A stretch of 64,000 nt of DNA from a virus. The notes under the pieces were generated by a model that was not told the DNA's origin, did not search any database, and saw only the letters and a list, made by a program, of their open reading frames with translations. The position numbers and the translations under genes were made by a program. Location of the stretch: IMG/VR virus record IMGVR_UViG_3300035670_000065, positions 32,001 through 96,000 of that record. The stretch is one strand, 5' to 3'. This document shows, one piece after another, positions 47,855 through 54,711 of this stretch (positions are counted from its first letter, which is position 1; each line of letters begins with the position of its first letter).

Positions 47855-48098
47855 CTTGCACTTGTCATTATGAAATGTTTTTATGGGCACATAAGCGCAG
47901 CTTATGGGGTGCGCCAAAATTATACCACACTATTTGACCACGGTCAAATCAAATGTTTTTATGAAGGGCATAAGCCTGGCTTATGATGCTTGTTACAATT
48001 TGTTACAATTCCTGGGCGATTATTTTCAAAAAACGCTTGCATTCTTTTCTGGAAGGACTATAATTCTCTACATGGACACAACGAAAGGAAACAGCAAG

Positions 48099-48563
48099 AT
48101 GATTAAAAAGGTTGAAATTTTCGACATGGATGGCACGATTGTTGATTCGACGCATCGCTATCGGACAATGCCATGTGGCACGAAAATTGATTTGCAATTC
48201 TGGCGTGATAATCAAGATAAGGCAATGGATGATAAACTGTTGCCGCTTGCGGATTACTATAAGGAATGCTTGGCAAATCCTAATGTTTATGTTATTATTG
48301 CGACTGCGCGTGTATTAAATGAACCGGATTATAAATTTATTAACGAAATTCTCGGAAAACCAGATTATATTATTTCTCGCAAACCCGATTCTAACATTTC
48401 TGGCGGGTTGCTTAAAATAAATGGATTGGCTAAATTCTTTAATCTTCGCAATTTCAAAAACGCAACATTCACTTTTTATGAGGATAATGTAAGCTACTTA
48501 AAAGCGGTTTGCGATAAATTCAATATAAACGGCGTATATTGTCCGTCGAAACAGGGGCACTAA
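48099..48563 (+). CDS. HAD-family phosphatase (possible nucleotidase)
   Basis: IFDMDGT, TAR, K, YEDN; start corrected to the SD-led ATG at 48099. Confidence 0.8.
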   Translation: MIKKVEIFDMDGTIVDSTHRYRTMPCGTKIDLQFWRDNQDKAMDDKLLPLADYYKECLANPNVYVIIATARVLNEPDYKFINEILGKPDYIISRKPDSNISGGLLKINGLAKFFNLRNFKNATFTFYEDNVSYLKAVCDKFNINGVYCPSKQGH

Positions 48564-48711
48564 AATGATAGAAAAGATTTTCAATTTTGTATCAATAATC
48601 GTTATTTTTCTGTTTATTACGATTGTTCCCTATGCTTGCACTACTAAAATAGTTAATCTGTAATTAAACGCGATAATCCGGCGATTCCGGTATTAAATAA
48701 AGGGTAATAAA

Positions 48712-49407
48712 ATGAGCAAAAAACAATTTTTTCTAATCGTTGATACTGAAACCACAATTACAGATAAGGTTTTTGATTTTGGCGCAATTGTTGCAGATCG
48801 CAATGGTAATATCGTGGCGCAATGCGCGGTTATCGTTTCGGATTTTATGGGCGATGAATTGTTTTATGATGCAAAAGATAATGGTTTTTGGGGTAAAAAG
48901 GCTGCCGTTGAACGTAAAATTAAATATGATGCAATGGTTAAATCCGGTGCTCGGATGGTTGCATCTGCTAATGCTGTGAATCGTTGGCTTGAAAAAGTTG
49001 CTGCAAAATATAATCCTACTCTCACGGCTTATAATCTTGCATTTGATCGCAATAAATGCGCGAATACTGGAATTGATTTAACCATGTTCTCGAATTCTTT
49101 TTGTTTGTGGCATTTGTCTTGCGCGGTATTTGCTAAGACTAAGGGTTATCGTCAATTTGTTTTGAATAATCATTATTTTGGTAATCGTACCGATAAGGGC
49201 AATATGACTTATAAAACAAATGCTGAAGTTATGGCGCATTATGTTATCGGACAATTTAGCGAAGAACCGCATACAGCATTAGAAGACGCACAATTTTATG
49301 AATTGCCAATTTTGGTTTCTATTCTAAAGAAACGCGATTATAAAGATAAAATCGGTCAAGCTTATAATTGGAAAGATTACCAATTAAAAGATAATTTCAC
49401 GGCTTAA
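48712..49407 (+). CDS. DEDD(h) 3'-5' exonuclease
   Basis: VDTETT, AYN..FD, HTALEDA. Confidence 0.85.
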   Translation: MSKKQFFLIVDTETTITDKVFDFGAIVADRNGNIVAQCAVIVSDFMGDELFYDAKDNGFWGKKAAVERKIKYDAMVKSGARMVASANAVNRWLEKVAAKYNPTLTAYNLAFDRNKCANTGIDLTMFSNSFCLWHLSCAVFAKTKGYRQFVLNNHYFGNRTDKGNMTYKTNAEVMAHYVIGQFSEEPHTALEDAQFYELPILVSILKKRDYKDKIGQAYNWKDYQLKDNFTA

Positions 49408-49497
49408 TAAGCCGTTATAATAGCCGGATTATATCCGGCTATTATTTCGCCCAGGCCTGTTACAATTTGTTACAATTTTTCTATGCTCCCAGCATCG

Positions 49498-49565
49498 AAA
49501 AAACCCTTTAAAATCAAGGACTTAGGCCAGGGCCTGGCTAACTCATTGATTTTAAAGGCTTTTTT
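49498..49565. repeat. Palindromic double-IHF element 3
   Basis: AATCAAGGACTTA-14-TAACTCATTGATT. Confidence 0.85.
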
Positions 49566-49820
49566 CGGGTGGTGGCTGGCACGGTTATTGCTCTGTTACA
49601 TCTTGTTACAATTCCTGGGGCGTATCATGCAAAAAATGCTTGACTTCGCTATCCGTGGGCGTATAATTCACTACATGGACAAACAACAAGGAAACAGCAA
49701 AATGAACAACGACAAAATTTATATCTACAACCGCGAATGGAAATGCGTGAATAATGCACTGGCTGCGTTTATTCTAATAAAGGTTTCGGGTTACACTCTC
49801 ATGGCTAAAGGTAAATAATA

Positions 49821-50030
49821 ATGATTAAATGGATTGGAACAATTGCGGGAATTATCGGTTCCCTATTGGTTGCGATGAATAACGGTTTGCAGTTTATCGG
49901 ATATTCTGCTTTCCTGATTGGTGCGGTATCGTGGCTAATCGCTTCTATTCAAAATAAGGATAAAGCGGGAATCGCACAATGGGGATTTTTTACTGCCGTA
50001 AATATTATGGGGATTATAAATTATGTTTGA
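49821..50030 (+). CDS. Small membrane protein
   Basis: 69 aa hydrophobic; preceded by a 38-aa ORF at 49702-49818. Confidence 0.6.
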   Translation: MIKWIGTIAGIIGSLLVAMNNGLQFIGYSAFLIGAVSWLIASIQNKDKAGIAQWGFFTAVNIMGIINYV

Positions 50031-50143
50031 TTTGGTCGATGAAATGATGGGGGAAGAATTGGTTGATTTTGAAACTTTGGAATCTGCCGGATTAGAAGAT
50101 TCTTATTGCGGGGATACTGTTCCCGCTGCACAAAAGGCATATT

Positions 50144-50488
50144 ATGATGATGAACAATAAAGAATTAGAGGTTTTAGATTTTGCTTATGACTTCTGCAAT
50201 ATGATGAAATGGGAATTACCAATCGAACGCGTTAGAATAACCAAAATGATGCGTTATAAGGGATTATGCACAAATGACGGCGAGCGCATTTATCTGGTAT
50301 TATCCGAAACGACTAACGAAGATAATAAAGACTTTTTCGCTACGCTAATTCATGAGTTAATCCATGCGAAATTGATTATGACAAAGCACTGGAAAAAGGC
50401 GCATAAACATGGTAAATTGTTTAAGCGAATAGCTAAGAAAATCGAAAAGAAAACAAATGGATTTTATACTGTAAAGGAAATAATATAA
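50144..50488 (+). CDS. Second SprT-like metalloprotease
   Basis: TLIHELIH...HG..FK; GAAA-tetraloop terminator follows. Confidence 0.7.
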   Translation: MMMNNKELEVLDFAYDFCNMMKWELPIERVRITKMMRYKGLCTNDGERIYLVLSETTNEDNKDFFATLIHELIHAKLIMTKHWKKAHKHGKLFKRIAKKIEKKTNGFYTVKEII

Positions 50489-50571
50489 CCGCCGAAAGGC
50501 GGTTTTTTATTGCCATATAATCCAGGCTGGCACGATTCTTGCGCCGAAATTTTCGTGCCAGGCAGGGCCAG

Positions 50572-50641
50572 AAAAAAGCCTTTAAAATCAAGGACTTAGG
50601 CGGGCCCCTGGCGTAAGTCATTGATTACAAAGGGAATTTTT
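50572..50641. repeat. Palindromic double-IHF element 4
   Basis: AATCAAGGACTTA-15-TAAGTCATTGATT. Confidence 0.85.
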
Positions 50642-50893
50642 AGGTGCTCGTCATAATATGCCTGGAGGATGCTTTAGGTTTCAAGTAATGATGGAGGCAT
50701 TATGCACATGGGATACTTGACATTTCAAATAAGACCTGGGCATCCTGTTCTGTTACATCCTGTTACACTTCCTGGCGCACAATGTTGAAAAAACGCTTGC
50801 AATATTTTTGGAAGGGCGTATAATTCTTTACATCGGATGATGAACTGACCTAGCGAAACCCGATACTCTCAATCAGGTCAAGGAGAATCAAAA

Positions 50894-51250
50894 ATGGCTG
50901 CTAAAACGACTGTTGCGAACTACTCGGACGATCAAGTTGCCCGCATCGAACAAGCTGCGGTTGCGGCTGGTGGCAAAATCAATGCCGCTGTTGCTGAAAT
51001 GCTTGCGGTTGAAATGGCGAAATCGGTTCGCTCACTGGTTGCGAAAGCCTCGCGTATGGGCCTCTACGCTGCGAAAACCTACGTTCGCAAGGATGATACT
51101 CCGGTTCAGAAAAAGGATGAGTTTGCGACTGCGATTGGTAACATTCTTCGTCTGAGCGAAGCTGATACCGACTCGCTTGCGAAAGCTAATCGCAAGGGGC
51201 TGCAGGCGATATTTAACGCCCTTGCGAATTCAACTCCGATTGACGGCTAA
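50894..51250 (+). CDS. A2-like DNA-binding protein (paralogue 2)
   Basis: NYS..Q, KSVRSLVAKASRMGLY..KTY, SLAKANRK. Confidence 0.7.
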   Translation: MAAKTTVANYSDDQVARIEQAAVAAGGKINAAVAEMLAVEMAKSVRSLVAKASRMGLYAAKTYVRKDDTPVQKKDEFATAIGNILRLSEADTDSLAKANRKGLQAIFNALANSTPIDG

Positions 51251-51726
51251 TCGGTAAAAGGTTTGCCGGATTACCTTGGAAATCCGGCTTATTCTAATAA
51301 GGGATTATATTATGATGCGACTGACTCTTGATTATTCTGATTTTGGCGTCGATTCGATTGTAGATAGCGAATCGGTTATTGTTGAGAAACTCGAAAAGAA
51401 ACTCGAAGATGAATTCTGTAATTGGGATATTGATATGGCTTTTGATTGGGATACTCTGCAACTCGATCACGTTAATGGTTATATTGAAATCGGGTTTTCC
51501 GAATTTAACTAAGGGGATACAATGAGCGAATATGATACCTATATGATGATTGAAGAATACGTCTGGTTTATTCAATTTATACTCCAGATGCTAGGATTAG
51601 ATATTGAATTCTTTTAACCGCCGAAAGGCGGTTTTTATTTGTCTGGGCAACTCTTATATAAGACATAAGAACTCTTATATAAGACCTGTCTTATGTCTTA
51701 TATAAGACCCAGGAGCCTCACTAACG

Positions 51727-51796
51727 AAAAAAGCCTTTAAAATCAAGGACTTAGCCCAGGGCCCCCATAACCTATTGATTTGTCAAGACTATTTTT
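51727..51796. repeat. Palindromic double-IHF element 5
   Basis: AATCAAGGACTTA-14-TAACCTATTGATT. Confidence 0.85.
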
Positions 51797-51819
51797 CGTA
51801 ACCACCGGCCTCGGCGTGG

Positions 51820-52810
51820 AAGTGAGCACTCACTCCCGACCCTAAATTGTAGCAAGTTTCGTGCCACCGAAAAGAGGATAAACCTGTCCCAATTTAGGGT
51901 CAATGTGTTGCGTGGAACCAACAGGTGTATGTTTCACGCAACACCGGAGGTGAGCACTCACTTCGCACCTGGCGCGGTGCGCCCCAGTGCAAAAACTTCA
52001 AGTGCAAAATCTCCATGGTTCTGCGCCCATTATAGCAAGTGCAAAACCTCTGTGTCAAGATCAAATTTTTAAGCCCTGACCCTAAATTGAGCAAATACCT
52101 CCAGCCACAGCCCGCCTGCGCCGGCCGCCGCAAGTGCAAAAACTTCAGTGTGGCCGCTGCAACTTAGGGTCAGGGCTGTCAAGATTATTTTTTAAGAGCC
52201 ACCTGCGCCCATTATACTCCGGCACCTCCCCAATTGTCAAGACAGGATTTCTGACCCTAAATTGGGCAAAGTCGAGCAGATTCGAGTAAAAGCGAGCATA
52301 TTTGAGCAATTTGATGCAATTTGCGTTAATTTAGGGTCAGGACGTAGCAAATTGGACCACCAATAAAAAATCGGGGGTAGGCTACTTTGTAAGCAGTTAC
52401 AACCTGCGTAATTTCCGTCTTGATTTAGAATCCTGGTCAGCGTATAATACTAATCATTGGGAGAGAAAAATATCTTCCTGGTGTCAGAGAAGAAAAATTG
52501 AACTTGAAGAACGATGATTAAGCGTTTATAATATGTAAATGATGTGAGAGAAAGGGAACGATATGAATGATGAACAAGTCACATCGCTTTGGTACGATAC
52601 GACTGAAACCTGGGGTGTTACCGTAGATGAAGCACAATTCGTGACATTGCAAGATACCTTAGTAGCTTTCGACTTACTTGAAGATTTTGAGTTTTGAAAA
52701 TTTGATGTTGATTCAGTAACTGAGACGCTTTATAATACTTACATAGGGTGATGAAACAGACTGACCCTAAATTGAACGAACTGTAACAGACTGACCCTAA
52801 GTTGAACAAA
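51820..52810. repeat. Largely non-coding repeat block (candidate injection-stop signal)
   Basis: CTGACCCTAAATTG in alternating orientation, GTGAGCACTCAC x2, AGTGCAAAA x4, 10-bp periodic GAGCA, 30-bp tandem repeat at 52755-52814. Confidence 0.7.
52420..52736 (+). promoter_or_regulatory. Three tandem rightward sigma70 promoters
   Basis: TTGAnn-17-TATAAT at 52420-52448, 52504-52532, 52708-52736. Confidence 0.75.
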
Positions 52811-52857
52811 CTATAGCAAACTTTTATATCACTAACCAGTCCAAGGAGACTCTAATT

Positions 52858-53157
52858 ATGACCACCAAGACCGTGAACTACACCCCCGAAATGACTGCCG
52901 CTGTTATTGATGCTTACAAGAACGGTGATACCGTCGAAGCAATCGCTGTTGCAACCGGTAAGTCCGTCCGTTCCATCGTTGCAAAGCTGTCCCGCGAAGG
53001 TGTCTACGCAGCGAAAGCGAAGACTGCGGGTGCTGTAAAGGGTGCTACCAAAACCGAGCTGGTTGCTCAGATTGCTGAAAAGCACGGTGTCGAAGCTGAC
53101 GCACTTGCTGGACTCGAAAAGGTAAACAAGGACGTATTGCTTATCCTGTGTTCCTGA
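52858..53157 (+). CDS. A2-like DNA-binding protein (paralogue 3)
   Basis: MTTKTVNYTPE...GKSVRSIVAKLSREGVY, closely similar to 46258. Confidence 0.7.
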   Translation: MTTKTVNYTPEMTAAVIDAYKNGDTVEAIAVATGKSVRSIVAKLSREGVYAAKAKTAGAVKGATKTELVAQIAEKHGVEADALAGLEKVNKDVLLILCS

Positions 53158-53297
53158 CCCTCCTGGGTTGACCCTAAATTGCAGCAAGCAGTAGCTCCAG
53201 ATCGAAAGGTCTGGAGCTTTTTTATTATTGTATAAAAAGACAAAGAGCTCTTATTTTGCATAATAAAAAAGGGAGCCGATTTCTCAGCCCCCTTAAC

Positions 53298-53630
53298 TTA
53301 AATCTTCTCCCGCAGCGACTTCTCAATTAAAATCAATGCAGTTTTCGTTACCTTCTCCATCGACTCTAATAAATCAATATTCAAATCCAATAGAGTAGCG
53401 ATGCGTTGGATATATTCTTCTTTACGAACAGGGGGTTCCCCCCGTTTATTTAAGTACTCTTTCTTTTTATAAATTCCTAGAGAACTCAGCTTAGCGATAA
53501 TTGACCTAGGTGGAATTTGCTCATTCACTTGTTCAGATACCCAGTCTGCTATTTGCTCAATACTTTTTCCAGACTTATAGTCTGATACAACTTGATTAGT
53601 TATCTCTATAGTGTATTTCATATTACTCAT
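53298..53630 (-). CDS. A2-like DNA-binding protein (paralogue 4, divergent)
   Basis: KYT.E....V.DY..G.S.EQIA...RSIIAKLS.LG.Y.KK.Y..K.G..PV.K. Confidence 0.65.
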   Translation of the reverse strand: MSNMKYTIEITNQVVSDYKSGKSIEQIADWVSEQVNEQIPPRSIIAKLSSLGIYKKKEYLNKRGEPPVRKEEYIQRIATLLDLNIDLLESMEKVTKTALILIEKSLREKI

Positions 53631-54390
53631 CCCAAGGTAGTCTTGTGCCAGTCTTTGCTGGAGCTAAGTCTGAACTAATTAAGGATTTAGGTGTCTCATC
53701 CCAATTACTCGGATTTAGTACCATATACTCATGTCTAAAACTAGGATGAGCTAACCAAACTTGGGTTAACATAATCTTAGCTAACCTAGGAAGCTTATCA
53801 AACTCATCAATCCCAGTAACTGTAATACTTGTAACACTAACAGGATTCTTAACCGTTCCTGCTTTATCACCAGTTTTAACAGTCGACCCTAACTTGCGTA
53901 ATTCTAGTAACTCATCAGGAGTATAGCTAGGGGGATTACAGGTCATTGCAGAGTATAAATCCTTATCAGTAACAGTTTGAACATTAATCCAAGTGCTGTA
54001 AGGAATACTTTGATACTTCTTAAATGCAGCTAGGAATAAAGGAACTAAAGCACTAAAAGGAATCATGTCATCTGATGTAGCTTTAACTCCCGTAGGAATA
54101 ATTGTTCCTCTAGGAGTAGACATCAAATAGAACAACAAACCCTTCAACCAATCTGACCCTAAATCGCAGCTAGCTAAAGCATTCTTGATTGTTAGTACTG
54201 CGTCATTCTTACCATTACTATCTTTCACTGCCTTCCAATTACCAATGTATGCTAAAGCTTGGGGTAAAGCCCAGGTGCTGTATTTAGCAAAAGCCTTGCG
54301 TTGATCAGTACCATCTGGACCATCTTCATAAACCAGTTGAAACGGTACACTCTTCAAATCCTTCTTACTTAGGGTAAATATCTTATTCAT
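53623..54390 (-). CDS. Conserved hypothetical protein of T5-like phages
   Basis: 255 aa; PL...A.K.Y..I.Y..W and Q.W..HPS.RH..M....WD motifs, recalled from T5-family early proteins. Confidence 0.5.
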   Translation of the reverse strand: MNKIFTLSKKDLKSVPFQLVYEDGPDGTDQRKAFAKYSTWALPQALAYIGNWKAVKDSNGKNDAVLTIKNALASCDLGSDWLKGLLFYLMSTPRGTIIPTGVKATSDDMIPFSALVPLFLAAFKKYQSIPYSTWINVQTVTDKDLYSAMTCNPPSYTPDELLELRKLGSTVKTGDKAGTVKNPVSVTSITVTGIDEFDKLPRLAKIMLTQVWLAHPSFRHEYMVLNPSNWDETPKSLISSDLAPAKTGTRLPWDE

Positions 54391-54711
54391 TTTAGTCTCG
54401 GTGGATGCGGAATTTTCAGCAGTTTGCTATATCCGCTTAATTTAGGTAAAAAACGTGAAAAAACATGCATTACAAAAAATTAAAACACTTTCCCCAATTT
54501 ATCAAGTTGGGTTAAGCTTACAGCGGGTCGTCAGCAGATTTAGGAGAATGTCTAGTGGACCGTACTCCCGAAATTGATCTTTACGTTTTGGGAATTCGCA
54601 AAAGAACATTTCGGGGGTCCACAGAATTCTACAAATCTGCAACACCCTTAAATTAGAACTCTTTAGTTCAATTTATATAATATTATAGCATACATAATCA
54701 TTTGTTGCAAG

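Larger units (their letters stand above)
45850..53290. other. Putative terminal repeat / pre-early (first-step-transfer) region; boundaries approximate
   Basis: Follows terS as in T5; A2-like genes; CTAG much rarer than in the flanks; long motif-rich intergenic blocks. Confidence 0.6.

Noticed and set aside
47904-49818. ORF-track starts at 47904 and 49483
   Set aside because: They run through promoters and repeat elements; the SD-supported starts are 48099 and 49702
46666-51796. Recurrent palindromes as a CRISPR array or integron attC array
   Set aside because: Spacing is over 1 kb with whole genes and promoters between; no cas or integrase gene; no attC RYYYAAC/GTTRRRY ends
51838-53177. 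TTAGGG as telomeric repeat or KOPS
   Set aside because: Not tandem and does not fit GGGNAGGG; it is part of the longer GACCCTAA motif
45850-53290. DnaA-box, matS or LexA clusters
   Set aside because: No convincing TTATCCACA, GTGACRNYGTCAC or CTGT-N8-ACAG found by eye
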